A stretch of DNA of 64,000 nucleotides from Candidatus Adlerbacteria bacterium GW2011_GWA1_54_10 (GCA_001004665.1 LCRO01000006.1:444-64443), one strand, 5' to 3'. Positions 1 to 10,559 are shown, counted from the first letter of the stretch. Translations and numbers: made by a program. Notes: generated by a model from the letters alone, not told the origin.

Positions 1-59
1 AAGGCCGAAATGCGCGCGGCGCTTCGCGCCGCGCGCCTCTCCGGCGGCGAAACCCCTCT

Positions 60-330
60 TGCTTTGAAACTTGAGTCTCTATTAAAACACGCTCGAACCT
101 ATTTTAGCCAGCATCCTGACTGACTTCGCACGCACCGCGTGCATGCCCGTGCGGTACTCTGCGTCACGATTCGATTCCGTGGTCTTTCTCTCGGGCGCGC
201 GAGTACGCCGCGCCCTCGAACCCTCGCCCCGCCGCTTTCCATTCTTCCTTATTTTTCTCGCGGGGAATGCAAAATTGAATGGCGGCGGAGCGGGGGCAAA
301 CGCCAAAAATACTCAATTTTTGGCGTAGTT
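60..330. repeat. left arm of imperfect ~270-bp inverted repeat; outer 46 bp (60-105) perfectly complementary to 1737-1782
   Basis: Reverse complement of 60-105 equals 1737-1782 exactly. Similarity with mismatches continues inward for about 200 bp. Confidence 0.8.
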
Positions 331-357
331 GACAGGAATTATCAGGAATCGTATAAT
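329..357 (+). promoter_or_regulatory. sigma70-like promoter (TTGACA-17-TATAAT) for ORF 481-1110
   Basis: TTGACA at 329-334, 17-nt spacer, TATAAT at 352-357; lies just inside the inner end of the repeat arm. Confidence 0.55.
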
Positions 358-480
358 ACTGCAAGTTCTTTGAGGACGATCGCCGCAGCAGAAAGCAACC
401 TTCCAAAGGTGATTTTCTGCTGCGGCGCAATCGAATTGCTGCAGCGTAAACCCACCAACCAACCCGAGAGGAGACTTGCC

Positions 481-1110
481 ATGACGAAGAGTCATGTCCC
501 GTCTACGAAGCCGGTCACGCGCAAGCAGATCGGCAACTTGCTCGACAAAGTCGGGCAGCGGCTGAGCCGGAACAAGAACCTGATAAGCGCTCCATTCGAG
601 CGTGCGGTCAGGAAGCACTCGCCCAAAATCATCGACGAGTGTGCCGCCATTGTGTTGAAATACCACGACGCGGTCGCCGAAATCGTCCGCGTTGATCGGA
701 AGATCGCGCCCATCTATCCCGACTGGGTCGACAAACCGATGCACTCCGAACTCGAAGCGGTCGGTCCCGCTGAATACGACTTGGGCGACGTGGAGCAGTG
801 GCTCCACGAGAAACAGAAGACTGGTGTCGCGGGCGGTAAGGAGATCTACGAGCACCTAAAGAGTGCCGACGATCTCAAAGACCACCTCAACCTGCGCGAT
901 CTGCAGGCCATCCAGAAGCTCGGCATCGTCGTGTTCCGCAAGCACTTTGTGGGCAAAGCGGTGTTCGGCTGGAAGTCGGTCGTGTTGGACCGCCGCGGCT
1001 ATCTCTTCGTCCCGTTCCTCGTCGAGATCGGTGACGAGGTCAAGCTGGACTGGCGCTGGCTCGGCTACGACTGGAGCGCGAACAATCCTGCGCTCCGTTT
1101 CCGCAAGTAG
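481..1110 (+). CDS. hypothetical protein (209 aa) between the inverted arms
   Basis: ORF-track frame 139-1110 with first ATG after the promoter at 481. No family recognised from the translation. Confidence 0.55.
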   Translation: MTKSHVPSTKPVTRKQIGNLLDKVGQRLSRNKNLISAPFERAVRKHSPKIIDECAAIVLKYHDAVAEIVRVDRKIAPIYPDWVDKPMHSELEAVGPAEYDLGDVEQWLHEKQKTGVAGGKEIYEHLKSADDLKDHLNLRDLQAIQKLGIVVFRKHFVGKAVFGWKSVVLDRRGYLFVPFLVEIGDEVKLDWRWLGYDWSANNPALRFRK

Positions 1111-1519
1111 CGCTCGGCATTGGAATCTTGGCACTTGCCCTCGATTCCTTTGCCCTTGGCTCCGCGTCCGCGCGGAGCCATATTTTTTGATATAGTAATT
1201 GCGGTAGTAGGTGAATATGCGGGCGGTCACGGCTTCTCGCTACCGAATCCAGTTTTCATATATGTCGGAGTGTTCTCGGTCACGGCTTGGAACAGTGTGC
1301 TGTATGCGAACTAAAAAATGAAGATACTTGGTACAGAAGGACGTCGAGCGTTTGATATCTGAATAAAGGAGCCCGCGCCGCTCTCGCTGGTGCATTGAGA
1401 GCGGCGCGGGTCTTGCACGCGGACGGGAGGGTGGGCCAAGTGCATACTGATTTGCGCCTCGCCATTCCTTAAAGAATTTTGTATGACGAGGCACCGCTTG
1501 TATTTGAATCCCGTCCTTC

Positions 1520-1790
1520 CTTTTTCCTAAAAGGAAGCCGCCCCTCGCCTTTGCCGCCCATTCCTTTTTTCAAATCCCCCCCCCCGCGAAAAAAATAAGA
1601 ATGGAGAAGGGGCAAAAGGCGAGGGCGGGACGCGCGGTACTCCGCGCGTGGCGGGGTTCAGAGCATCACCACGCGGTCGAATCGTACGATCCGGTACAAA
1701 GCCACCTCGCACGCGGAGCGGGCGAGTCAATCGAGATGCTGGCTAAAATAGGTTCGAGCGTGTTTTAATAGAGACTCAAGAATTAAGAAA
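1520..1790. repeat. right arm of the imperfect inverted repeat; contains a C9 homopolymer (1576-1584)
   Basis: Aligns in inverse orientation to 60-330. Divergence increases away from the tip, which is perfect over 1737-1782. Confidence 0.8.
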
Positions 1791-1807
1791 GTGTATACTT
1801 ATATAAT

Positions 1808-2002
1808 ATGAAGCTTCTGGACAAAAAATTAATGCAGCGCGTGCAGAAGACCTCTAAGGAACTTGGACTTCCGGAGCAAGAGGTCATCAGTCGTGCCGTT
1901 TTTAGCTATCTGGGCAGTATTGAAGATATTGCAGTGCTCTATCGTGAACTTAGAATGTGGGACGCATTATCGGCACGCTCGATGCGAAAGCACAATTTCT
2001 GA
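1808..2002 (+). CDS. putative type II antitoxin (MazE/PemI-like partner)
   Basis: 64-aa ORF ending 10 nt upstream of the MazF/PemK toxin gene. An extended -10 (TGTATACT, 1792-1799) sits 8 nt before the ATG, so the transcript may be leaderless. Confidence 0.55.
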   Translation: MKLLDKKLMQRVQKTSKELGLPEQEVISRAVFSYLGSIEDIAVLYRELRMWDALSARSMRKHNF

Positions 2003-2011
2003 CTAATTTTT

Positions 2012-2335
2012 ATGAAACCCGGCGAAGTGTGGGTGGTCCACATTCCGGAGTTAGGTACGCATGAACAGAGCGGTACTAGACCTGCTGTAATTATCGCTCG
2101 TGTGGCAAAAACTATTGCGACCATAGTGCCGTGCACTTCAAATAAGGTAGCACTACGTTTCCCATATACCTATCTTGTAGCACCGACGAAAGGGAATGGA
2201 TTGGAGAGCCAATCTATAGCACTGGTATTTCATATTCGTGCGCTGGATATTTCCTATTTTGCGAAGAAAATTGGAACACTCGATAAAAAGACATTTGGAG
2301 AAATCCGCAAACAAGCGCGTCGTCTCATCGGATAA
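2012..2335 (+). CDS. mazF: MazF/PemK family endoribonuclease toxin
   Basis: N-terminal GEVWVV..P...[14 protein letters not shown] matches the PemK/MazF signature. Typical 107-aa size. Confidence 0.8.
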   Translation: MKPGEVWVVHIPELGTHEQSGTRPAVIIARVAKTIATIVPCTSNKVALRFPYTYLVAPTKGNGLESQSIALVFHIRALDISYFAKKIGTLDKKTFGEIRKQARRLIG

Positions 2336-3195
2336 TGGAAAAAGAGGAGATGAAAAAAAGAATAGCGGAGTTGGAAGCCGCGATGCGGGAAGCGGATTTT
2401 TGGGCCGACAAAAATCGCGCGCAGGCGCAGATTAGGGAACTGCAGGACTTAAAACTCCGGCTCGAGAGCGGGAGCGCGTGGGAGAAGGGAGGCGCGATAT
2501 TGTCGCTTGTCGCGGGCGCGGGAGGAGACGATGCGGAAGATTTTGCGGCGATGCTTCTTGATATGTACCGCAAGTATATGGAATCGCGCGGATGGAGGAT
2601 GCGCGTACTGCACGAAAACAAGAACGACCGCGGCGGCTACCGCAATTTTGCGATGGAGATCGGCGACGGGGGCGCGTACGGTACCCTTAAAAACGAATAT
2701 GGCGTTCACAGGCTCGTGCGGATATCCCCGTTTTCCGCGACGCAGAAGCGACATACCTCTTTTGTATTGGTGGAAGTGCTTCCCATTCTGGAAAAGGTCG
2801 CCAATGTCGAAATCGCCGAAAGCGACCTTGAAATTTCAATGGCGCGTTCGGGCGGCCCCGGCGGGCAGAACGTAAACAAGCGCGAAACGGCGGTGCGCAT
2901 AGTGCACAGTCCGACCGGAATTTCGGCGCACGTCGACGGCGAGCGTACCCAGGGAGCGAACAAAGAAAAAGCGCTTGCCATAATCAAGGCCAAGCTCCTG
3001 CGCAAAATGGAGGAGGAAAGGAAGGAAAAGATATCCGACCTCTCGGTAGGCGCCGGAAAAATAGAGTGGGGCAACCAGATACGCTCCTATGTCCTGCATC
3101 CGTACCAACTTGTCAAGGACCATCGCACCGGAATTGAAGTGCGCGATGCGCAGAGTGTATTATCTGGTAATTTGGAGCCTTTCTTAGTACAATAA
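2335..3195 (+). CDS. prfB: peptide chain release factor 2; short form with no programmed frameshift
   Basis: SPF tripeptide (RISPFSATQ) and GGQ motif ([11 protein letters not shown]). Start overlaps the mazF stop (TAATG). Confidence 0.9.
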   Translation: MEKEEMKKRIAELEAAMREADFWADKNRAQAQIRELQDLKLRLESGSAWEKGGAILSLVAGAGGDDAEDFAAMLLDMYRKYMESRGWRMRVLHENKNDRGGYRNFAMEIGDGGAYGTLKNEYGVHRLVRISPFSATQKRHTSFVLVEVLPILEKVANVEIAESDLEISMARSGGPGGQNVNKRETAVRIVHSPTGISAHVDGERTQGANKEKALAIIKAKLLRKMEEERKEKISDLSVGAGKIEWGNQIRSYVLHPYQLVKDHRTGIEVRDAQSVLSGNLEPFLVQ

Positions 3196-3280
3196 TATTC
3201 GTTGTGGTCCATATTCGAGGAAAGCGAGAGAAACAAAATTTTATTTTATTTCCAAGCGGCGCAGAATATATGGCATTCTT

Positions 3281-3961
3281 ATGATCTATTTTGACCGCGT
3301 AAGCAAGGTTTATGCCGACGATTCCGTAGCTCTCGAGGATGTTTCTTTCAGCGTCGAGCCGGGCGAATTTATTTCCGTCGTCGGACACTCGGGTGCCGGC
3401 AAGACCACATTGGTAAAAATGCTCCTTGCGGAGGAACATCCGACAAGTGGATCGGTGTTTTTTGAATCCATAAACATCCACGAGATCCCTCTCCACAGGA
3501 TAAACGACCTGCGGCGCAAGATAGGGACAGTGTTTCAGGACTTCCGCCTGCTACCCAACAAGACCGCATACGAGAACATCGCCTTCGCCATGGAGGCCGC
3601 GGGGCGTAGCGAGGAGGATATACACTCCGACGTACCGCACGTGCTCGAGCTGGTTGATCTAGGAGACAAGATAAACAACTTCCCCGCGCAGCTTAGCGGC
3701 GGCGAACAACAGAGAGTCGCCATCGCGCGCGCAATAGTCAACCAGCCCGATGTCATAGTCGCCGACGAGCCGACCGGCAATCTCGACCCTGTAAACACGT
3801 TCGAGATTGTGCAGATACTCAAAAAAATAAACGACCTCGGCACCACGATAATTCTGACCACGCACAACAAGGGTGTCATAGACTCACTGAAGAAGCGCGT
3901 CATCACGATGGATCGCGGCAAGGTCATCCGCGACGACAGGGAAGGAAAGTATATATTATAG
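3281..3961 (+). CDS. ftsE: cell division ATP-binding protein FtsE
   Basis: Walker [13 protein letters not shown] signature LSGGEQQR, Walker [12 protein letters not shown]. Immediately followed by ftsX. Confidence 0.9.
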   Translation: MIYFDRVSKVYADDSVALEDVSFSVEPGEFISVVGHSGAGKTTLVKMLLAEEHPTSGSVFFESINIHEIPLHRINDLRRKIGTVFQDFRLLPNKTAYENIAFAMEAAGRSEEDIHSDVPHVLELVDLGDKINNFPAQLSGGEQQRVAIARAIVNQPDVIVADEPTGNLDPVNTFEIVQILKKINDLGTTIILTTHNKGVIDSLKKRVITMDRGKVIRDDREGKYIL

Positions 3962-3965
3962 GAAT

Positions 3966-4901
3966 ATGGACTGGACTACGGCAAAAAGGATCTTCCGCGC
4001 CGGAATGCTGGATTTCTCCCGCAACGCGTTCGTCTCTGTTGCATCCATACTGGTAATGACGGTTACTCTTTTCGTGGTCGGAGTGACTATCTTCGCCGGC
4101 GTTATTTTGAACGCTACGCTCGACGAGCTTAGGGACAAGGCCGACATCAACGTGTACTTCACCACCATGGCGCCGGAGGAGCGAATGCTCGAGCTTAAAA
4201 GCTCGCTCGAGGCTCTGCCCGAGGTGGAGTCCGTGGAGTACATCTCGCGCGACGAGGCGCTAGCGGCCTTCCGCGAGCGGCACAAGGACGACCAGCTTAC
4301 CCTGCAGGCGCTCGAGGAGCTCGAAGACAATCCTCTCTCCGCAGTGCTTAATGTCAGGGCGCGGGACATTTCGCAATACGAGGCCATTGCCGCGTTCCTG
4401 AACAAGGAACAGGAGGCCCTAACAGCGGGCGAGGCGCCCATAATAGACAAAATAAATTTTTATAACGAACAGCACAGACAGGCCCTCGCGCGGCTCGAGG
4501 TCATTACCGACTCCGCGCAGCGGCTCGGGTTTGTCGTCATCGCAATACTCATACTCACTTCGATAGCGATCTCCTTTAATACCCTGCGGCTTGCCATATA
4601 TTCCTCGCGGGACGAGATACAGGTAATGCGGCTCGTAGGCGCTGGGCAGTTCTATATCAGAGCGCCCTTTATGGTCGAGGGCACGCTTTACGGCCTTATT
4701 TCAGGCATAATAACCCTGCTCCTTTTCTACCCTCTCACGTGGTGGCTCGGAGGCGCGACGCAGGGTTTCTTTGGCGGCGTCAACATATTTGGCTATTATG
4801 TTTCTAATTTTCCGCTATTTTTTCTGATAATCGCCGGCACGGGGATGCTGCTTGGCGCCACGGCGAGTTTTCTTGCGGTCCGGCGGTATCTTAAAATCTA
4901 G
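3966..4901 (+). CDS. ftsX: cell division permease-like protein FtsX
   Basis: N-terminal TM segment, large periplasmic loop and 3 C-terminal TM segments. Adjacent to ftsE. Confidence 0.85.
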   Translation: MDWTTAKRIFRAGMLDFSRNAFVSVASILVMTVTLFVVGVTIFAGVILNATLDELRDKADINVYFTTMAPEERMLELKSSLEALPEVESVEYISRDEALAAFRERHKDDQLTLQALEELEDNPLSAVLNVRARDISQYEAIAAFLNKEQEALTAGEAPIIDKINFYNEQHRQALARLEVITDSAQRLGFVVIAILILTSIAISFNTLRLAIYSSRDEIQVMRLVGAGQFYIRAPFMVEGTLYGLISGIITLLLFYPLTWWLGGATQGFFGGVNIFGYYVSNFPLFFLIIAGTGMLLGATASFLAVRRYLKI

Positions 4902-4944
4902 GAGAAAAGTCCGGCATGCGGTATAAAGGAACGTAAGGAAGAAA

Positions 4945-6579
4945 ATGGAGGAGCCCAAGTATATTTTTGTAGTCGGAGGAGTGATGTCGGGCATCGGCAA
5001 GGGAGTGGCCTCCTCATCGATAGGGCGCATCCTCAAGTCCAAAGGCTTTAAAGTCACGGCGATAAAAATAGACCCCTATATAAACGTGGACGCCGGCACG
5101 ATGAATCCGACCGAGCACGGCGAAGTGTTCGTCCTTGACGACGGGTACGAATGCGACCAGGACATGGGCAATTACGAGCGCTTTCTGGACGAGAGTTTAC
5201 CCAGCATCAACTACATGACCACCGGCCGTGTGTACCTTTCCGTCATCGAGCGCGAGCGCAACTTGGAGTACAAAGGCAAGAATGTCGAGGTAGTGCCCGA
5301 CATACCGCTTGAGGTCCTGCGCCGCATAGATGAGGCGCGGTGCGCGGCCGGCGCGGAGATAACGATAGTGGAGATAGGCGGTACGATAGGCGAGTACCAG
5401 AACATCATCTTCCTCGAGGCCGCGCGCATGCTACGACAAAAACACCCGCGCGACGTCGCGGTGGTCATGGTCTCTTATGTGCCAATTCCGCGCAACATCG
5501 GCGAGATGAAGACAAAGCCAACGCAATACGCCGCGCGCACGCTAAACTCCGTCGGCCTTCAGGCCGACATAATTTTGGCGCGCGCGGAAGTGCCGCTCGA
5601 CCAAAAGCGCAAGGAGAAGATCGCCGTCTTCTGCAACACCCTGTCCGAGCACGTCATCTCGGCTCCCGATGTGGATAGCATATACGACGTGCCGCTTAAC
5701 TTCGAGAAGGACGGCATGGGTAATATGCTCTGCGACGTGCTTTCCCTGCCGCGGCGTTCGTCCGACCTTTCCGCGTGGGAGAAATTCGTGGCGAAGAGCA
5801 AGAATGGCGGAAAGCAGGCAAACATCGCCGTCGTGGGGAAGTACTTCGACTCGGGTGAGTTCGTACTGTCCGACTCGTATATTTCGGTTTTGGAGGCTCT
5901 GCGCCACGCGGCATACAGCCAGGACCTAAAAATTTCCATCACTTATTTCGATTCCAAAGCCTTCGAGTCGGGCAAGACGCCGCTCGAAGAGCTTAAAAAA
6001 TATTCCGGCGTTCTTGTACCCGGCGGCTTCGGCGAGACTGGCATAGAAGGGAAGCTCAAGGCAATAGAGTACGTTCGGGAAAACAAAATACCGTATCTCG
6101 GCCTTTGCTACGGAATGCAGCTTGCGGTAATAGAGTACGCCCGCAATGTGGCGGGTCTTGCTGGTGCGAACACGACCGAGGTTGACAAAGATACGCCGCA
6201 TCCGGTCATTGCCATAATGGAATCGCAGAAAGAAAACGTGGAAAAGTCGCGCCTCGGCGGCACGATGCGCCTCGGCGCGTACCCGTGTTCTCTTGCGGAC
6301 GGAACCGTTGTGGCGCAGGCATACGATAAAAAAGAGATTAGAGAGCGGCACCGCCACCGTTATGAGGTAAATCCGAAATATATCGAGCAGTTAGAGAGTG
6401 CGGGGCTCAACTTTAGTGGCCGCTCGCCGGACGGCGTGCTTATGGAGATAGCCGAATTGCCTAAGGAAAAACATCCATTCTTCCTCGGAACGCAGTTCCA
6501 CCCCGAGTTCCTCTCCCGCCCGCTATCGCCGCATCCGCTTTTTGTCGCCTTCCTAAAAGCCGCCGGCGAGCGCGCATAA
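4945..6579 (+). CDS. pyrG: CTP synthase
   Basis: N-terminal synthetase domain (VTGGVMSGIGKG-like) and C-terminal glutamine amidotransferase (GLCYGMQ, HPEF). Confidence 0.95.
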   Translation: MEEPKYIFVVGGVMSGIGKGVASSSIGRILKSKGFKVTAIKIDPYINVDAGTMNPTEHGEVFVLDDGYECDQDMGNYERFLDESLPSINYMTTGRVYLSVIERERNLEYKGKNVEVVPDIPLEVLRRIDEARCAAGAEITIVEIGGTIGEYQNIIFLEAARMLRQKHPRDVAVVMVSYVPIPRNIGEMKTKPTQYAARTLNSVGLQADIILARAEVPLDQKRKEKIAVFCNTLSEHVISAPDVDSIYDVPLNFEKDGMGNMLCDVLSLPRRSSDLSAWEKFVAKSKNGGKQANIAVVGKYFDSGEFVLSDSYISVLEALRHAAYSQDLKISITYFDSKAFESGKTPLEELKKYSGVLVPGGFGETGIEGKLKAIEYVRENKIPYLGLCYGMQLAVIEYARNVAGLAGANTTEVDKDTPHPVIAIMESQKENVEKSRLGGTMRLGAYPCSLADGTVVAQAYDKKEIRERHRHRYEVNPKYIEQLESAGLNFSGRSPDGVLMEIAELPKEKHPFFLGTQFHPEFLSRPLSPHPLFVAFLKAAGERA

Positions 6580-6628
6580 AATTTTGTTTTGAATTTAGGG
6601 CGTTTTTTTGCTATCTTTCATTTGTAAT

Positions 6629-6699
6629 TGCGGGATCGTCTAATGGTAGGACAGCAGACTCTGGATCTGCTTATCTAGGTTCGAGTCCTAGTCCCGCAG
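6629..6699 (+). tRNA. tRNA-Gln (CUG)
   Basis: Manual cloverleaf: U1:A72 acceptor pair, 3-bp D stem (both typical of tRNA-Gln), anticodon loop CUCUGGA, T-loop TTCGAGT, discriminator G. CCA is not encoded. Confidence 0.8.
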
Positions 6700-6831
6700 C
6701 TCTTCGTCGCTCCGCTCCTCAGAGCCTTCGGCCTGAGGATATAAGACGTGCGCGAAGTAGATAGGTATGTAGTTCCCCTACTTGGAAGGGGGATTTAACT
6801 GTAAACACGAGCAGGTATATACTTAGAAAGT

Positions 6832-7224
6832 ATGAAAGGATTTTTTGTTGATATCGAGCAGGCGGCATTGGAGAACGAGGACTTTAGAAAAGTGCTCTAC
6901 ACCGGTGCCCGGTTGCAACTCGTCGTCATGGCGCTCAAGCCCGGCGAGGATATCGGCGAGGAGGTGCACGAACTCGACCAATTTATCAGGGTCGAGGCTG
7001 GGAGCGGCAAGGCGGTACTCGACGGAGTCGAGCATGCCATAAGCGACGGCTCGGTTGTAATTGTCCCGCAGAGCGCGCGCCACAATATCATCAATAGCGG
7101 CTACGCCGCCATGAAACTCTACACGCTTTACTCTCCGCCAAACCACAGGCACGGCACTATCCATAAAACCAAAGCTGACGCACAGGCCGACGAGGAGCAT
7201 TTCGACGGCACAGTAAGCGAATAA
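6832..7224 (+). CDS. cupin domain protein
   Basis: 130-aa protein with cupin beta-barrel motifs (G.D.GEEVHE ... G..V.VP...H.I.N). Confidence 0.7.
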   Translation: MKGFFVDIEQAALENEDFRKVLYTGARLQLVVMALKPGEDIGEEVHELDQFIRVEAGSGKAVLDGVEHAISDGSVVIVPQSARHNIINSGYAAMKLYTLYSPPNHRHGTIHKTKADAQADEEHFDGTVSE

Positions 7225-7354
7225 CGCATGGGCATCAAAGACTGGCTCGCTCTAATCTGAACTCGTGAGTGGGGCAAAACGGTAAGACTGGTTTGCCTCC
7301 AAAACTTTTTTGTTCTATAATCGGCGGGACCGCCCTTCGGGGCGTTTTACGTTT

Positions 7355-9130
7355 ATGGAAATCCGAAACATCGCTATTATTGCCCATGTTGATCATGGGA
7401 AAACCACGCTGACTGACGCCTTGCTTCGCCAGACCGGCGTGGCAGAGGTGGGTGTTAGCATGGACTCCGGCGACATTGAACGCGAACGCGCCATCACTAT
7501 TTACGCTAAAAATGCCTCTGTGTTCTATGGTGACACCAAAATAAATATCGTCGATACGCCCGGGCACGCCGACTTTGGATCCGAAGTCGAGCGCGTGCTA
7601 CGCTCTATAGACTCGGTTTTGCTTGTGGTTGATGCACAGGAGGGACCCATGCCGCAAACCCGCTTTGTATTAAAAAAGTCGCTCGAGTTGGGACTTAAGC
7701 CCATCGTCGTCATCAACAAAATAGACAAGCCAGCGGCCGACCCCGCCCGCGCCGAAGAGCAGGTGCTGGAGCTTTTTTTGGAGCTCGGCGCAAGCGACGA
7801 ACAGTCGAATTTTCCCGTCGTCTACGCAATAGGCAAGCAGGGGATAGCAAAGAAAAAGCTCGAAGATACCTCTACCGATTTAACGCCACTGCTCGACGCG
7901 ATACTAAAGCACGTACCGCCTGCCTCTTCGCCGGAGCTCGAGGCTAAGCCGCTACGCATGCAACCGTTCAATCTCGGGTACGACAATTTTTTGGGCCGGC
8001 TCGCGGTCGTGCGCGTGTACGAGGGTACGGTCCGCATTGGCGGTCGCGTATACGTCAAAAATGCCGGCGGCTCGCGCGAGGCGCAGGTAGTCAAACTTTT
8101 TACTTTTAAAGGGCTCGAGCGCGTCGAGACACCCGAGGTTGCGGCAGGAGACATCGCGCTCGTCGCCGGGCTCAAAGATATTTCGATTGGCGAGACGATA
8201 GCGGACGATGCGGGTGCGGGGCTACTCCCCATGATCACGGTGGACGAGCCGACCATCGCGCTTAATTTTTTGGTAAATTCCTCGCCCTTTGCCGGCCGCG
8301 AGGGCACGTACGTGACCTCGCGGCAGTTGCGCGAGCGCTTGGAGCGCGAGCTCGAAATTAACGTCGGCCTGCGCGTCGACTTTTCTTCCCTCGAGGCGTT
8401 TAAGGTGTAAGGACGCGGCGAGCTCCACATTTCCATCTTGCTCGAACATATGCGGCGCGAAGGATACGAGATGCAGGTATCACAGCCGCAAGTCATTTTG
8501 CGAACGCAAAATGACGGTGAGCTTGTCGAACCGTTCGAGGAGGTGGTGATAGACACGCCGCAAGCCTACCGGGGCGTCATCATCGAGCGTCTGGGAGCGC
8601 GCAAAATCGTGCTAAAGGAAGTCCGTCCGCATGCCGGCTCGGTGCGCATGGTGTTTGAGGGCCCGACGCGCGGCGTGCTTGGGTATCGCAATCAGTTTAT
8701 TCTCGACACCAGGGGCGAGGGGATCATGTCTTCCCGGTTTGTGGAATTTCGCCCGCATGCGGGCGAGATCCAAAAACGCGCCGTGGGCTCGATGGTCTCG
8801 ATGGTGTCCGGCAAGGCACTCGGCTATGCGCTGTGGAACTTGCAGGATCGCGGTGTGCTCTATATCGGACCGGGGACCGAGGTGTATGAGGGACAGGTCG
8901 TGGGCAATACCGCCAAGGGCGAAGAGATGTACGTAAACCCGACAAAAGGCAAACGACTCACCAACATGCGCGCCTCGGGCTCCGACGAGGCTATCCATTT
9001 GGTGCCGCCATTTGAGCTTACGATAGAGCGCGGGCTCGAGGTCATGAGCGACAACGAGTATCTCGAAGTGACGCCCAAGTCAGTGCGCTTGCGCAAGCAG
9101 GCGCTCACCAAAAACATGCGCGGCGGTTGA
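7355..9130 (+). CDS. bipA: translational GTPase BipA/TypA, interrupted by an in-frame TAA at 8408-8410
   Basis: G-domain [13 protein letters not shown] ... DTPGHADF ... NKID. ORFs 7310-8410 and 8438-9130 share one reading frame and are separated only by TAA, at the position where BipA has Ser in the conserved V-S-GRGELH motif. Confidence 0.85.
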
Positions 9131-9157
9131 CAAAATTGTATCATCATATATAATAGA
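9127..9157 (+). promoter_or_regulatory. sigma70-like promoter upstream of the DEAD-box helicase gene
   Basis: TTGACA (9127-9132), 17-18 nt spacer, TATATAAT. Confidence 0.45.
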
Positions 9158-9215
9158 AAATATCTGCAGTCTCCTTTTGTGCTCTATCTAAGAGCGGGGC
9201 TCTGATAGATGTCAC

Positions 9216-10409
9216 ATGCAATATAAACGTCATTTTTCGCACAAGCGAACGTCGTTTGTGCGCCAGCCTGCACAAGGCAGAAAATTTACCAAAGCTCCGC
9301 AACGGGTCCAGTTCGATCCGTCACGCTTTGTCAATAAGGCCGCCAAGCCGCAAGAAGTTGCGGTGTTTACGCCGACCCACCGTTTTGCCGACTTTCCGAT
9401 AGATGAGGCGCTTAAACGGGCCATCGCGGCAAAAGGATACACGCTCCCGACTCCCATACAGGACCAGGCTATAACACCTATATTGGGGGGCCGCGATATT
9501 GTGGGCATCGCCCAGACCGGCACGGGCAAAACCGCCGCGTTTTTGATTCCGCTCATACATAAGGTGCGTCATGACCCAGACGCGCAGGTGCTTATTGTGG
9601 TGCCGACGCGGGAGCTTGCCGCTCAAATTAGCGAGGAACTTGTCGCGTTTACTGCGGGTATGAAGATTTTTTCAGTCTGTTGCGTGGGCGGCATCAGCAT
9701 AGGCGCGCAAATGTACGCCCTGCGCCGCCGCAACCAGTTTGTCATTGGCACGCCGGGCCGGCTCAAAGATTTAATAGAGCGCGGCAAAATAAAACTTGCG
9801 GAATTCCAGACCATCGTGCTCGACGAGGCGGACCGCATGCTCGACATGGGCTTTATACGCGACATGCGCTTTGTCATGGCGGGGATGCCCTCGCCGCGGC
9901 ATACGCTCTTTTTCTCCGCGACGCTTTCGCCAGAAGTCGAAGGTTTGATCAAAGACTTTTTGCACAACCCGGTGCGCGTTCAGATAGCAAACCGCCGGAC
10001 TGCCGAGCATATCAGCCAAGATGTCGTGCAAATTCCGCGCGGCGCCGACAAGCTCGCCGTACTCCATGACCTTTTGATCCAGCCGGGGTTTGACAAGGTG
10101 CTCGTATTCGGCCGCACCAAGCACGGCGTGGAGCGGCTTTCTAAAAATCTTGTCGCCCGGGGCTTTAAGGCCGAGTCTATCCACGGCAACAAGACCCAAA
10201 ACAGGCGGCAAAAGGCGCTCTCGCTGTTTAAGCAGGACCATGTTCAGATTTTGGTGGCGACCGATGTGGCGGCGCGCGGGCTCGACATCAACGGCGTCTC
10301 GCATGTTATTAACTACGACCTCCCCGCCACCCACGACGACTACATCCACCGTATCGGCCGCACCGGTCGGGCGGGCAAACCGGGCAAGGCTCTCACCTTT
10401 GTCGGATAA
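9216..10409 (+). CDS. DEAD-box ATP-dependent RNA helicase
   Basis: Motifs I AQTGTGKT, II DEAD (VLDEADRML), III SAT, VI HRIGRTGRAG, and a Q-motif region. Confidence 0.9.
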   Translation: MQYKRHFSHKRTSFVRQPAQGRKFTKAPQRVQFDPSRFVNKAAKPQEVAVFTPTHRFADFPIDEALKRAIAAKGYTLPTPIQDQAITPILGGRDIVGIAQTGTGKTAAFLIPLIHKVRHDPDAQVLIVVPTRELAAQISEELVAFTAGMKIFSVCCVGGISIGAQMYALRRRNQFVIGTPGRLKDLIERGKIKLAEFQTIVLDEADRMLDMGFIRDMRFVMAGMPSPRHTLFFSATLSPEVEGLIKDFLHNPVRVQIANRRTAEHISQDVVQIPRGADKLAVLHDLLIQPGFDKVLVFGRTKHGVERLSKNLVARGFKAESIHGNKTQNRRQKALSLFKQDHVQILVATDVAARGLDINGVSHVINYDLPATHDDYIHRIGRTGRAGKPGKALTFVG

Positions 10410-10427
10410 CCGGCAAGTGGTCCGTAT

Positions 10428-10559
10428 TTATTTTTTCGAAATATTTTGCCAGAGCCAGATGCCGGCAAGAACCAATACGACAAAGACCACCAGAGAGGTG
10501 ATACTGCCGAGCAGGCCCGCGCCGCCCATCATGCCGCCCCAGTTTCCGTAATTCATCAT
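10428..10559 (-). CDS. small hydrophobic protein (43 aa), hypothetical
   Basis: Manual translation of the minus strand gives MMNYGNWGGMMGGAGLLGSITSLVVFVVLVLAGIWLWQNISKK: a Gly-rich N-terminus plus one TM helix. Below the ORF-track size cutoff. Confidence 0.3.
   Translation of the reverse strand: MMNYGNWGGMMGGAGLLGSITSLVVFVVLVLAGIWLWQNISKK

Noticed and set aside
82-306. ORF 82-306 (-) and ORF 33847-34182 (+) share a C-terminal peptide (...RAKSV..RMLAKIGSxV), suggesting a small conserved protein.
   Set aside because: The similarity comes from the nucleotide repeat arm. Upstream parts of the two translations are unrelated, the third copy translates differently, and one ORF begins inside tRNA-Ser. 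The arms are better explained as DNA or RNA elements.
2335-2420. Programmed +1 frameshift site in prfB.
   Set aside because: There is no upstream out-of-frame segment with RF2 homology and no CUU UGA motif. The protein simply starts later than E. coli RF2.
7310-7354. Upstream extension of bipA (MFYNRRDRPSGRFTF...).
   Set aside because: The extension covers the promoter -10 and a leader hairpin and has no BipA homology. The conserved N-terminus begins at [18 protein letters not shown] (7355).
8408-8410. Stop-codon reassignment (TAA read as sense) as the explanation for the bipA interruption.
   Set aside because: TAA and TGA clearly terminate adjacent well-conserved genes (mazF, prfB, ftsE, groEL) at the expected protein ends.
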